DNA of 64,000 nucleotides from an uncultured Acidimicrobiia bacterium (GTDB lineage: Bacteria > Actinomycetota > Acidimicrobiia > Acidimicrobiales > AC-14). A program made the translations under genes and the position numbers. Shown one piece after another: positions 1 through 9,742 of this stretch. The DNA is taken from positions 160,001-224,000 of the forward strand of contig CAWIIV010000008.1 of NCBI GenBank assembly GCA_963836205.1, given 5' to 3'. Under the pieces are notes generated by a model. That model worked only from the letters and a program-made list of their open reading frames with translations, was not told the DNA's origin and searched no databases. Positions within the stretch are counted from its first letter, which is position 1; each line of letters begins with the position of its first letter.

Positions 1-1425
1 GAGGGCGAGGACCGATGTGGTGGCGCTGTCGAGGGGCTTGCACTCGCCGGTGCCGAACTCGGGGCACTCGTGGAGGGTGTGGAGGGCGCGCTCCATCCAC
101 GAGAGCAGGGAGCGGTGGTCGCGGCGTTGGGCGGCCACGTTCACCTTCCGGTAGCCGAACTGGCCCTCGTCGATGACCGGGCGGGGCAGGTCCTGGGCCG
201 GAGCGGTGGAGAATCCGGCGTTGGGGGCGTCGGACCACTGCATCGGGGTCCGCACCGAGTTGCGCTCGGGGAGGCTGAGGTCGTCGCCCATCCCGAGCTC
301 CTCGCCGTAGCGCACGACCGGCGTCCCCGGCAGGGTCAACTGGAGGCTGTAGGCCATCTCGATCCGGCGCCGGTCGCAGCCGAGCATCGGGGCCAGCCGG
401 CGGCGGATACCCCGGTCGTAGACCTGCATCTCCGGCTCCGGACCGAAGGCCTGGAAGACCTCGGCCCGCTCCACGCCAGTGAGGCGACCAAGGTCGATCT
501 CGTCGTGGTTGCGGAGGAACGTCGCCCAGGCGCAGGAGTCGGGGATGGAGGGCGTCATGGCCAGGCCGTTGAGCACGGGGCCGGCGTCGCCCCGGGCCAG
601 GGCGAGGAAGACCTGCTGGTTGAGCAGGAAGTTGAACAACATGGGGAGGCGGTCACCCGTGCCGAAGTACTCGGTGAGCTCCTGGGGCTCGGCGTTGGCC
701 TCGGCCAGCACCACCGTGTCGCCCCGGCGCCAGGTCATCACCTCCCGCAGCTGGCGCAGGTAGTCGAAGTCCTTGGGCGGGTTGGGATTGCCGGGCTCCG
801 ACAGCTCGATGACGAACGGGGCCGCGTCCATCCGGAACCCGGCGACCCCCATCTGGAGCCAGAAGGCGATGATCTTCTCCACCTCCGCCCGCACCCGGGG
901 GTTGGCCGCGTTGAGCTCGGGCTCGAAATCGTAGAAGCGGTGGTAGTACCAGGCCTTGGCCTTGCGGTCGAAGGTCCAGGTCGCCTTCTGGACGCCGGGG
1001 AACACCATTCCCTGGTGGAGATCGGAGGGACGTTCCTCCGACCACACGTAGTAGTCGCGGAAGGGCGAGTCGGGATCGGACCGGGCCGCCTGGAACCACG
1101 GGTGCTGGTCGGACGTGTGGTTGACGACGAGGTCGATCATCACCCGCAGGCCCCGGTTGCCGGCCTGGTGGATGAGTTCGACGAAGTCGCCCAGGTTCCC
1201 CAGGCGGGGGTCGACGCCGTAGAAGTCGGACACGTCGTAGCCGTCGTCGCAGTTGGGCGTGGGGTGTATGGGGTTCAACCACAGGCACGTGATCCCCAGC
1301 CGCTCGAGGTAGTCGAGGCGGCTGATGAGGCCGGGCAGGTCGCCGACCCCGTCTCCGTCGGAGTCCTGAAACGTCTCGACGTCGAGGCAGTAGATCACCG
1401 CTTCCCGGTACCAGCGCTCGTTCAT
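1..1425 (-). CDS. GH13 alpha-amylase family protein, trehalose synthase (TreS)-like; runs off the window edge
   Basis: Translated by hand from ATG at 1425: MNERWYREAVIYCLDVETFQDSDGDGVGDLPGLISRLDYLERLGITCLWLNP...DDGYDVSDFY..., later GFRMDAAPF and FLRNHDE motifs. Missing from the ORF track because it has no stop in the window. Confidence 0.88.
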   Translation of the reverse strand, partial: MNERWYREAVIYCLDVETFQDSDGDGVGDLPGLISRLDYLERLGITCLWLNPIHPTPNCDDGYDVSDFYGVDPRLGNLGDFVELIHQAGNRGLRVMIDLVVNHTSDQHPWFQAARSDPDSPFRDYYVWSEERPSDLHQGMVFPGVQKATWTFDRKAKAWYYHRFYDFEPELNAANPRVRAEVEKIIAFWLQMGVAGFRMDAAPFVIELSEPGNPNPPKDFDYLRQLREVMTWRRGDTVVLAEANAEPQELTEYFGTGDRLPMLFNFLLNQQVFLALARGDAGPVLNGLAMTPSIPDSCAWATFLRNHDEIDLGRLTGVERAEVFQAFGPEPEMQVYDRGIRRRLAPMLGCDRRRIEMAYSLQLTLPGTPVVRYGEELGMGDDLSLPERNSVRTPMQWSDAPNAGFSTAPAQDLPRPVIDEGQFGYRKVNVAAQRRDHRSLLSWMERALHTLHECPEFGTGECKPLDSATTSVLAL

Positions 1426-1579
1426 GCCCGTGTCCCTACCCCGGGAGTCCCGGTCGCACGACGCCCGTCCCCGGCCCCGATGCCGCCGGGAGGTGCGCTA
1501 GGTTCGACGGGTCGTCCGCTGCACGCCACGGCGCCCCCAACCGGGGTGCGTGGGTCCGGTGCCGGGAGAGAGGACGCCT

Positions 1580-2698
1580 ATGAGCTTGCTATCGAGCTTC
1601 GCCATGCCCGTGATCGCAGCCACCAGCCAACTGGCCCAGTCCGCCGCCGACGCCGCCACCCAGGCGTGCGGGCCCCCTGCCGACGCCAGTTCCCTGTGCC
1701 TGAGCGTGTTCCGCGCCACCGGCAACTCGGTGCTGGCCCAGGCCTCGGAGACGCTGATCGTCCGTCCCTTCCGGGTCCTGGTGATCCTGGCGGTGGCGTT
1801 CGTGGCCCGGCGAGTGCTCGGCCGGGTCATCCAGCGGCTGGTGACGGGGGTGCAGGGGACGGCCTCGGCGGTGAGCGCCAGCCACACCTCCTCCGGCGCC
1901 GGCGCCGGCGGTGGTCCTCGGTCCGGCACCGGGCTGCGGGGGGCTCGCCGGGCCGACACCATCGCCGCCCTGCTGCGCAGCATCAGCGGCTTCGCCATCT
2001 GGACAGTCGCCGGGTTCATGGTCCTGGGCGAGCTGGGCCTCAACCTGGGACCGCTCATCGCGGGGGCGGGGATCGTCGGCGTGGCCATCGGGTTCGGCGC
2101 CCAGAACCTGGTGCGGGACTTCGTGTCCGGCATCTTCATGCTGGCCGAGGACCAGTACGGCGTCGGCGACGTGATCGACGTCGGCCCCGCCACCGGGACG
2201 GTGGAGGCCGTGAGCCTGCGCACCACCCGGCTCCGGGACGTCAACGGAACGGTCTGGCACCTCCCCAACGGCCACATCGAGCGGGTCGGCAACAAGTCGC
2301 AGCAGTGGTCGCGGGCGCTGCTCGACGTGGAGGTCTCCTACCAGACCGACGTCGCCCTGGCCTCCGAGGTCATCAAGCGCACGGCCGACGAGCTGTGCGC
2401 CGACGAGGGGTTCGCCGGCATGGTCCTGGCCGAGCCCGAGGTGTGGGGGGTGGAGGATCTCGGCGCCGACGCGGTCAAGATCCGGGTCGTCCTCAAGACC
2501 GAGCCCAACCAACAGTTCACCGTGGCCCGGGAGCTGCGGGCTCGCATCAAGCGGGCCTTCGACGAAGCCGGCATCGAGATCCCGTTCCCCCAGCGCAGCA
2601 TCTGGCACCGCACCGAGGTGCCGGCCGAAGCCGCTCCGGGCGTGACAGTCAGCCGCCAGGAGGAACCAGTGGCCTCGGGTCGAAGGTCACCCGGATAG
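1580..2698 (+). CDS. mscS: Small-conductance mechanosensitive channel (MscS family)
   Basis: AGAGIVGVAIGFGAQNLVRDFVSGIFML, GDVID, GTVEAVSLRTTRLRD, FDEAGIEIPFPQR motifs. Confidence 0.92.
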   Translation: MSLLSSFAMPVIAATSQLAQSAADAATQACGPPADASSLCLSVFRATGNSVLAQASETLIVRPFRVLVILAVAFVARRVLGRVIQRLVTGVQGTASAVSASHTSSGAGAGGGPRSGTGLRGARRADTIAALLRSISGFAIWTVAGFMVLGELGLNLGPLIAGAGIVGVAIGFGAQNLVRDFVSGIFMLAEDQYGVGDVIDVGPATGTVEAVSLRTTRLRDVNGTVWHLPNGHIERVGNKSQQWSRALLDVEVSYQTDVALASEVIKRTADELCADEGFAGMVLAEPEVWGVEDLGADAVKIRVVLKTEPNQQFTVARELRARIKRAFDEAGIEIPFPQRSIWHRTEVPAEAAPGVTVSRQEEPVASGRRSPG

Positions 2699-3003
2699 CC
2701 GTGACCTTCCCGTCCTCGACGTGGCTCCAGTTGGCGGTGGGGCACGGCGGGGCCACCGACGTGTGGAGGTCGAACCAGGTGAGGACGTCGGGGCCGTCGA
2801 CGAAGACGTGGTGGACGACGATGTCGGTCACGATCTCGGACATCTGCTCGATCCCGGCCCGGCACTCGTTGGCGCCCACGATCTGGGCCAGCGGGCCCGA
2901 CGAACGTGACGTCGTCGGCCAAGGTCGCCTGGTAGGCGTTGAACTCCTTCGCCCTCCACGCGTCGAAGTACGTGGCAACCACCTGCCGCGGGGTCTTGGC
3001 CAT
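2649..3003 (-). pseudogene. SnoaL/NTF2-like protein with one +1 frameshift near 2890 (possibly a sequencing error)
   Basis: MAKTPRQVVATYFDAWRAKEF...LADDVTFVGP in one frame continues as LAQIVGANECRAG...WSHVEDGKVTAIRVTFDPRP in another. Confidence 0.75.
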
Positions 3004-3037
3004 GTCAGCCTCCTGACGCCTCTGGGTTTCCTTCCTC

Positions 3038-3520
3038 CTACCCGGTATCCCGCGGCAGGCGTCCGGTGCGCCAGAGGTTGTGCCTGACCTGGGGGTTTGT
3101 GAGGTTCCACTCCCGCCAGAGCCAGGCCAGGGCGGCGGCGCCGGCCAGTTCCTGCACCACCAGCAGGGCGACCGGACGGTCGAGCGGGGGGAGGCCGCCG
3201 TCGAGGCGGCGACCGAGGAAGGGCCACCAGAAGGTCTCGGTGCGGGTCCACATCCCGTCGACGACGAGGTGGAGGAAGGTTCCGATGGGGATGGCCAGCA
3301 GGCGGCGGCGGGCCTGGCGGCGGTGGCGGGTGGCGAGCATGACGCCGACCAGCAGGACCACGCTGGCGACAACGGTGTGCATGACCCGGGCGCCGCCGAA
3401 GGGGGTGTCGACCACATCGGGCAGCAGCGCCCCCACGACGACCAGCCGGTAGTCGATGGCCGGGTCGCGGAAGATCAGCCACACCAGCACGAGGGCCAGC
3501 CCTGCCGGCCACAGGATCAC
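3038..3520 (-). CDS. Membrane-bound metal-dependent hydrolase-like domain (YdjM/LexA-regulated type), in frame with the upstream zinc-ribbon protein
   Basis: GALLPDVVD, MHT, GTFLHLVVDGMW, WWPF motifs and hydrophobic segments. Confidence 0.7.
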   Translation of the reverse strand: MILWPAGLALVLVWLIFRDPAIDYRLVVVGALLPDVVDTPFGGARVMHTVVASVVLLVGVMLATRHRRQARRRLLAIPIGTFLHLVVDGMWTRTETFWWPFLGRRLDGGLPPLDRPVALLVVQELAGAAALAWLWREWNLTNPQVRHNLWRTGRLPRDTG

Positions 3521-4252
3521 CGGAGAGAAAGAACGAACGAGGATGCGGCCGCACTGCTCGCAGTGCAGCAGGGCGTCCGGCGGCAGCCGGTTGGCGTTCG
3601 TCAGCTCGGTGACCGACAGGCTCAGGTGGCATCCGTCGCAGCGGCCGTTGACCAGTCGGGCGATGCCCACCCCGTCGAGGCGGGTGCGGAGGCGCTCGTA
3701 GGAGGTCATCACCTCGGGAGGGATGCCCTCGACCGCCGCCGCCCGGGCCTCGATCTCGGTGACCAGGTCGGCGTCGATGGTGGCCTGGGCCTCGGCCAGC
3801 GCGGCCCGGACGCCGCCCGCCTTCACGTCGAGCTCGGCCCGCTGCGCCTCCATCGACGCCATCTCGTCGTCGAGGGGCTCCCGCTCGGTCATGGTCTCGA
3901 GGACGTCGTCCTCCAGGGTGCTCTGGCGCCGCTTGAGTGCCTCCACCTCCGCCTGCAGTGCCTGCAGCTCCCGGATCAGGCTCACGGTGCCGCCGTACAG
4001 CTTGACCTGGTCCTCGTGCAGCTTGTGCTCCACCGAGGCCAGCTCGTCCTCCAGCCCCCGCTGGCGGCGGGCCACCTCCGCCCGCCGGGCGCCGACCTCG
4101 GCCAGCGTCCGCTCGAGGGCGGTGCCACGCGCCTCCAGGCCCGCCAGCTCGGCCAGCTCCGGAAGGGTGCGGCGCCGGTGGCGGAGGCGGTCGACGGCGG
4201 AGTCGTGCTCCTGCACCAGCAGGAGGTTGTCGAAGACGCCCGTGGCCGCTAT
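3521..4252 (-). CDS. Coiled-coil C4 zinc-ribbon protein (DUF164/CT398-like); start codon uncertain; no stop before the downstream hydrolase
   Basis: LLLVQEHDSAVDRL, long heptad region, CDGC...CEQCGRILVR. Confidence 0.8.
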
Positions 4253-6444
4253 CCCGAGTCCCGTTTGGGATTGAGGGCCCGCTCGCGGGCGGCCGCGATC
4301 AGGGCGTCGATGTCGGGGACGGTGACCTGGGGGATCGTGGGCGCGGTCGGGGTCGACGGCGGGGTGATCTGCGGCACCGTCGGGGCGGGGGCACCACCGA
4401 CAACGGTGCTGCCGGGCGTGGTGCTCGTGGTGTCGTCGAACTCCTTGTCCGGCGGCGGTGCCTTCTCCCCCGTCAGGGCGAGGAACTTCGATCCCCGCCC
4501 GCCCCGTTCGGGGGGGGTGAAGTCGATCGGCTCGGTGTCGGCCAGCGCCTTGCGGGTGAACGATCCCCAGATCTGGGCCGGGTAGGTGCCGCCGAAGACG
4601 GTGACGCCGTTGACGTTGCGCATGGAGACGTCGCCCTCCGGGGCACCCATCCACACCGCGGTGGCGAGGGTGCGGGTGTAGCCGACGAACCAGGCATTGG
4701 TGTTGTTGTCGGTGGACCCGGTCTTGCCCCCCACGTCCCAGCCCGAGACCCGCGCCGCCGTGCCCGTGCCCCGCTGGACCACCTGGGCGAGCACCTCGTT
4801 GGTCTGGCGGGCGACCTGCGTGGAAATAGCCCGCTCGGCCTTGGCCTGGTTGCGGAAGATCACGTTGCCCTCACGGTCCTCGACCCGGTCGACGACGTAG
4901 GGGCTGTGGTACTCGCCGTCGGCGGCGAGGGTGGCGTAGGCCGAGGCCATCTGCAGCGGTGTCACGTCCTGGGCCCCGAGCGTGAGCGAGAGGTAGGGCT
5001 CGAGGTGGTTGGTGACGCCCATGCGGTGGGCCACGTCGACCACCTTGTCGGGCCCGACCAGCTTGACCAGGCGGGCGTAGGCACAGTTCACGGAGCTTAC
5101 GGTGGCGTCGGTGAGGGTGAGGGTGCCCGACGACCCACCCTCCACGTTGGCCGGCTTCCAGACCCCTTCCTCGCTCCCGGGATCGGGAATGACGCAGGGC
5201 GACGAGCCGAGGATGGTGTCGTTGGTCTGCATGCCGTTCTCGAGGGCCGCCACCAGGGTGAACGGCTTGAACGACGACCCCGTCTGGCGACCGCGGGTGT
5301 CGGTGACCAGGTTGAACTTGGTCTGGGTGAAGTCGCTGCCGCCCACCAGGGCCCGCACCGCTCCGTCGCGAGGATCGACCGTGACCAGGGCGGCGGTGAA
5401 CCGGCCGTCGGTGTCGGGGAGGATGGCGGCCACGCTCTCCTCGGCCATGCGCTGGTACTCGGGGTTGAGGGTGGTGTGGATCGACAGCCCGCCCCGGAAC
5501 ACGGCCTGGTAGCGCTGGCTGTCGGTGTCGCCCAGCCGGGTGTCGTTCAGCAGCTGCTGCTTGACGTACTCGGTGAAGTAATCGGTGCCGGGCGCAGGGC
5601 CGGTGGGGGCGGACAGGGCCGGAGGCATGGGCTCGGCCTTGACGTAGTCGGCCTGGACGGGGCTGATGTGGCCGAGGGTCACCATGCGGTCGACGATGAC
5701 GTTGCGGCGCTCGGTGGCCGCCTCCGGGTTGCCGTAGGGGTCGGCGTAGACCGGGTTGCGGATGAGCCCGGCCAGCAGGACGGCCTGGCCGACGGTGAGC
5801 TTGTCGACGTCGGTGCCGTAATAGCGCTCGGCCGCGGCCTGGATCCCGTAGGAGTGGTTGCCGAAGTACACCGTGTTCAGGTAGCGCTCGAAGATCTCGT
5901 CCTTCGTCATCTGGTCCTCGAGGCGGATGGCGAGGGCCGCTTCCTGCAGCTTGCGGTTGACGTCCTGCTTGGACGTGAGCAGGACGGTCTTGACCAGCTG
6001 CTGGGTGATCGTCGAGCCGCCCTCGGTGATCCCCCCCTCCTCCAGGTTGTTGACCATGGCCCGGGCCATGGCCCGCAGGTCGAGGGGGCCGTGGTCGTAG
6101 AAGCGCTCGTCCTCGGCGTCGAGCACGGCCCGCTTCACGTGCTCGGGCACACGATCGAGGGGGACCGGCACCCGGTACTCCTCGTCGTGGAAGATGCCGA
6201 GCTGCGAGCCGTCGGCGGCGTAGACGACCGACCGGGTGGCGAGAGGGCCCAGGTTGAGGCGGTCCTGGTCGGAGCCGACGGAGCCGGCGGTGAAGAACGT
6301 GACCGCCTGCTGGCCGACGAGGACGGACCCCATGGCCAGGCCTGCCCCGCCGACGAGGAGCGTCACGGCCCACCGGGCGATGGTCCGGGTGCCCGTGCGC
6401 AGAAGGCCTCCGCCCCCATCTCTGAGCGCGTGACCGGCTTCCAT
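4249..6444 (-). CDS. Class A penicillin-binding protein (transglycosylase-transpeptidase)
   Basis: EDERFYDH, GGSTITQQLVK, RKLQE, YLN; transpeptidase SxxK (SSFK), SxN (SVN), KTG; Pro/Thr-rich tail. Confidence 0.95.
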   Translation of the reverse strand: MEAGHALRDGGGGLLRTGTRTIARWAVTLLVGGAGLAMGSVLVGQQAVTFFTAGSVGSDQDRLNLGPLATRSVVYAADGSQLGIFHDEEYRVPVPLDRVPEHVKRAVLDAEDERFYDHGPLDLRAMARAMVNNLEEGGITEGGSTITQQLVKTVLLTSKQDVNRKLQEAALAIRLEDQMTKDEIFERYLNTVYFGNHSYGIQAAAERYYGTDVDKLTVGQAVLLAGLIRNPVYADPYGNPEAATERRNVIVDRMVTLGHISPVQADYVKAEPMPPALSAPTGPAPGTDYFTEYVKQQLLNDTRLGDTDSQRYQAVFRGGLSIHTTLNPEYQRMAEESVAAILPDTDGRFTAALVTVDPRDGAVRALVGGSDFTQTKFNLVTDTRGRQTGSSFKPFTLVAALENGMQTNDTILGSSPCVIPDPGSEEGVWKPANVEGGSSGTLTLTDATVSSVNCAYARLVKLVGPDKVVDVAHRMGVTNHLEPYLSLTLGAQDVTPLQMASAYATLAADGEYHSPYVVDRVEDREGNVIFRNQAKAERAISTQVARQTNEVLAQVVQRGTGTAARVSGWDVGGKTGSTDNNTNAWFVGYTRTLATAVWMGAPEGDVSMRNVNGVTVFGGTYPAQIWGSFTRKALADTEPIDFTPPERGGRGSKFLALTGEKAPPPDKEFDDTTSTTPGSTVVGGAPAPTVPQITPPSTPTAPTIPQVTVPDIDALIAAARERALNPKRDSG

Positions 6445-6518
6445 GGCCAGAACCTACTTCCCCAACGCCTCGATTTTGACGCCACCCCTGGGGGCGGCGG
6501 GCCGACCGGCCTCGGGCG

Positions 6519-6860
6519 TTAGCCCCACTCCTCGCCGAGCATGGCCTCCAACCGCTCCTTGCGGCGGGGCTTCTCGGTCTTCGGGGTCTGCTTGGCTCGG
6601 CATCGGCCTGACAGGCCGTGGAGCCACAGCGCGCTCTTGGCGTCGTCGTCGGGCTCGACGACGACACGGGCGTAGCACTCCGGGCAGCGGAAGGTCTTCG
6701 GCGTCATCGTCGCCTTCGAGGCCGGCTTGGCGGCCAGGGGCTTGGGCGTCTTGGGAGGCAGTGTCTTGGATGTCAGCGTCTTGGATGTCAGCGTCTTGGA
6801 TGTCATCGTCTTGGGTGCCAGCGTCTTCTCTACAGGACTCACTGGTCCTTTCGTGCCCAT
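6519..6860 (-). CDS. Small basic hypothetical protein with KT(L/M)xx pentapeptide repeats and a CxxC...H...C putative zinc finger
   Basis: ORF track 113 aa; CPEC...HGLSGRC. Confidence 0.5.
   Translation of the reverse strand: MGTKGPVSPVEKTLAPKTMTSKTLTSKTLTSKTLPPKTPKPLAAKPASKATMTPKTFRCPECYARVVVEPDDDAKSALWLHGLSGRCRAKQTPKTEKPRRKERLEAMLGEEWG
6748..6827. repeat. 15-bp tandem repeat (GTCTTGGATGTCAGC), about 5 imperfect copies
   Basis: Directly visible; encodes KTLTS-like repeats on the minus strand. Confidence 0.85.
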
Positions 6861-7014
6861 GGAACCACCAGGATACGCCTGCTGGCGCCGGTCCGTATCC
6901 GCGGGGGCGGCCGGGGTCGGGGCTGGTGGCCGCCGGGCTCATCACCTACCCTGTCCGAAGTACCCGGGGGAAGGGGGGCCGCGTGTATCCGTGCCACGCG
7001 GAAGCAACGAGCTG

Positions 7015-7647
7015 ATGGCCGACGGCGTGCTGGTCATCCTGCTACTCGTCTTCATCTGGGCCGCGGTCCTGATCCCGCCCGCGGCCGGCGCCCGCGCCTC
7101 ACGGGAGGCCGACTTCCTCGGCAGCATTCGATCCGGCAGTGACCCGCTGGAGGGCAATCTCGGCGGCGGTCAGCCCGATGTCGCCGCCGACCAGCCCCGG
7201 TTCCGTCCCGCGCTCACGGCCAACGCCCGCCGCCGCCAGGTGCTGGGCGGGCTGGTGGTGGCCATGGCGGCGACGCTGCTCCTTGGCCTGCTGCCTACGT
7301 TCCGCCTCCTCCTCGTCGTCCACCTGTTCCTGGTGAACTCGTGCCTCGCCTACGTCGGGCTCCTCGTCCACACCCGTGACCAGTCTGCGGCGCGTGGCCG
7401 GGCCGCGGAGATCGGGGTGCGGGTGCGGCCGGTGCTCACGGCGGTCGAGGCGACGTACTCCGACATCGCCGACGACGAGTTCGCGTCCTACGAGGCTGCG
7501 TACGCGGTCGACGAGGAGCCGACGTTCGCCGACGCCTACTACGGGGCCGAGAGCGACGACGACCGCTACGAGGACGACGACGAGGACGTCGAGGCCGAGG
7601 CGGCCTACATCGACGAGCTCGACCTCGAGCTCGCCCGCCCCGCCTGA
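7015..7647 (+). CDS. Membrane protein with acidic C-terminal tail, resembling actinobacterial SepX/GlpR
   Basis: N-terminal TM ...IWAAVLIPP, RRRQVL followed by two TM helices, Asp/Glu-rich tail. Confidence 0.55.
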   Translation: MADGVLVILLLVFIWAAVLIPPAAGARASREADFLGSIRSGSDPLEGNLGGGQPDVAADQPRFRPALTANARRRQVLGGLVVAMAATLLLGLLPTFRLLLVVHLFLVNSCLAYVGLLVHTRDQSAARGRAAEIGVRVRPVLTAVEATYSDIADDEFASYEAAYAVDEEPTFADAYYGAESDDDRYEDDDEDVEAEAAYIDELDLELARPA

Positions 7648-7662
7648 GTCGGACTGCTTCCT

Positions 7663-7711
7663 CGCATTTGCGGGACCTTTCCAAGTTGTAACTGGCGGGT
7701 GCGGCTAACCT
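7663..7711 (+). promoter_or_regulatory. Candidate operator palindrome CGCATTTGCG and -10 box TAACCT of the mod operon (probably leaderless)
   Basis: Inverted repeat at 7663-7672; TAACCT at 7706-7711, 8 nt before the ATG. Confidence 0.45.
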
Positions 7712-7719
7712 GACCAGCT

Positions 7720-8121
7720 ATGGCCGACTATCGCCTGGGCCAGGCGGCCGACCTGCTGGGCGTGAGCGTCGACACCGTGCGCCGGTGGGCCGACGGCGGG
7801 CGCTTCGAGACCCGTCGCTCCGATGGCGGCCACCGCATGGTGGAGGGCGCGGAGCTGGCCCGCTTCCTCGCCGAGACCGCGCCGACGGCGGAGTCCGGGT
7901 CCTCCGCCGCCCACTCCGCCCGTAACCGCTTCGCCGGCATCGTCACCCGGGTCGTCCGCGACTCGGTGATGGCCCAGGTCGAGATCCGCTCCGGACCCCA
8001 CCGCATCGTGTCGCTCATCTCCCGGGAGGCGGCCGACGAGCTGGCCCTGGAGCCGGGCGTGCTGGCGGTGGCGACGGTGAAGTCCACCAACGTGGGCATC
8101 GAGCTGCCGGGGACGCCGTGA
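7720..8121 (+). CDS. Molybdenum-responsive regulator (MerR/excisionase-type HTH plus TOBE/Mop domain)
   Basis: YRLGQAADLLGVSVDTVRRW; SARNRFAG...VKSTNV. Confidence 0.88.
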   Translation: MADYRLGQAADLLGVSVDTVRRWADGGRFETRRSDGGHRMVEGAELARFLAETAPTAESGSSAAHSARNRFAGIVTRVVRDSVMAQVEIRSGPHRIVSLISREAADELALEPGVLAVATVKSTNVGIELPGTP

Positions 8122-8951
8122 TCCGCCGCCAGCTCGTTTCGGGGCTGGCCGCCCTGGCGCTGGTGGCCGCCGGCTGCGGCGGGACCGGCGGCGGCGGCGG
8201 CGGAGACGCAGACGGCGGCGGGCGGGGTGCGGTCACGACCTCGGGCGGGGTCGGCGCCACCACTCCCCCGCTGTCGGGGACGCTCACCGTGCTGGCGGCA
8301 TCGTCGCTGGCGGAGTCGTTCGGCGAGCTGGGCCGGCGTTTCCAGGTCGAGCATCCCGGGTTGCGGATGTCGATCCTCTTCGGGGCGTCGTCGAGCCTGG
8401 CCCGGCAGCTGGTCGACGGGGCGCCGGGCGACGTGCTGGCCACCGCCGACGAGACGACGATGGGCCAGGCGGTCGAGGGTCGGGCGGTGGAGGCGCCGGT
8501 CGTGTTCGCCCGCAACCGGCTGGCCATCGTCACCCGGGCCGGCAACCCCGAGGGACTGTCCGGGCTCGCCGACCTAGCCGGGCCCGGCCTGGTGGTGGTC
8601 CTCTGCGCCCCCGAGGTGCCGTGCGGGCGGCTTGCGTCGGAGGCGCTGGCCAAGGCGGGGGTCACCGTCGAGGCGGCGTCGTTGGAGGAGAACGTCAAGG
8701 CGGTGGTGTCGAAGGTCACCCTGGGCGAGGCCGACGCCGGGATCGTCTACGTCACCGACGTGAGGGCGGCAGGCGACAAGGTCGCCGGGGTCGACGTCCA
8801 CGACGCCCACAACGTGGTCGCGGCCTACCCGCTGGCCGTCGCCACCGCCGCCGCCAACCCGGTGGCCGCTCGGGCGTGGGTCGACTTCGCACTCGGACCG
8901 GTGGGCCAGGAGGTCCTCGCCGGGTACGGGTTCGCGCCAGCCACGTCGTGA
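8118..8951 (+). CDS. modA: Molybdate ABC transporter substrate-binding lipoprotein
   Basis: Lipobox AAGC, AASSL, GASSSL, VPCG, GEADAGIVYVTD. Confidence 0.93.
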   Translation: MIRRQLVSGLAALALVAAGCGGTGGGGGGDADGGGRGAVTTSGGVGATTPPLSGTLTVLAASSLAESFGELGRRFQVEHPGLRMSILFGASSSLARQLVDGAPGDVLATADETTMGQAVEGRAVEAPVVFARNRLAIVTRAGNPEGLSGLADLAGPGLVVVLCAPEVPCGRLASEALAKAGVTVEAASLEENVKAVVSKVTLGEADAGIVYVTDVRAAGDKVAGVDVHDAHNVVAAYPLAVATAAANPVAARAWVDFALGPVGQEVLAGYGFAPATS

Positions 8952-9742
8952 AGGGGCCGGGCCGGCCGCCGCCGCGCCTGGCGCTGGCGTTGGCCACCGT
9001 GGCGGTGGCGTTCGTCCTCCTGCCCCTCGCCGGGCTCCTGTGGCGGACGCCGTGGAGCAGCCTGGGCCGGGAGCTGGCGTCGCCGGCGGTGCGCACGACG
9101 CTGCGGCTGTCGCTCGTGTGCTCGCTCTCGGCGGCGGCGTGCTGCGTCGCGTTCGGACTACCGCTGGCGTGGGTGCTGGCCCGGGTCGAGTTCCCCGGCC
9201 GGCGCCTGGTGCGGGCGCTGACGCTGCTGCCGATGGTGTTTCCCCCGGTGGTCGGCGGGGTGGGCCTGCTCCTCGCCTTCGGCCGGCGGGGCCTCGTCGG
9301 CGGGCTCCTCGACGACTGGTTCGGCGTCCGCCTGCCGTTCACCACCGCGGGGGCGGTGATGGCCCAGACGTTCGTGGCCCTGCCCTTCCTCGTCATCGCC
9401 GCCGAGGCCGCCTTCCGGTCGATCGACCGCCGCTACGAGGACGCGGCTCGCACCCTGGGCGCCAGCCGGTGGACGGTCTTCCGCCGGGTGACCCTGCCCC
9501 TGGCCGGTCCCGGGCTGGCCGCGGGCGTGGCCCTGTGCTGGGCCCGGGCCCTGGGCGAGTTCGGGGCGACCATCACCTTCGCCGGCAACACCCCCGGACG
9601 CACCCAGACCATCCCGCTCCAGGTGTACCTGCTCATGGACGCCGGCCGGTTGGAGTCGGCGATCGTGCTCAGCCTGGTCCTGCTGGCGGTTTCGGTGGCG
9701 GTGCTGGTGGGCCTGCGCGACCGGTGGCTGATCCACCCGTGA
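8948..9742 (+). CDS. modB: Molybdate ABC transporter permease
   Basis: LPMVFPPVVGG, EAA loop YEDAARTLGAS, RALGEFGATITFAGN; GTG overlaps modA stop. Confidence 0.93.
   Translation: MKGPGRPPPRLALALATVAVAFVLLPLAGLLWRTPWSSLGRELASPAVRTTLRLSLVCSLSAAACCVAFGLPLAWVLARVEFPGRRLVRALTLLPMVFPPVVGGVGLLLAFGRRGLVGGLLDDWFGVRLPFTTAGAVMAQTFVALPFLVIAAEAAFRSIDRRYEDAARTLGASRWTVFRRVTLPLAGPGLAAGVALCWARALGEFGATITFAGNTPGRTQTIPLQVYLLMDAGRLESAIVLSLVLLAVSVAVLVGLRDRWLIHP

Noticed and set aside
70-3087. Long ORF-track entries such as 70..3087 (+), 36290..39511 (-) and 51434..54133 (-)
   Set aside because: Antisense or alternate-frame shadows of real genes, expected in high-GC DNA with few stop codons
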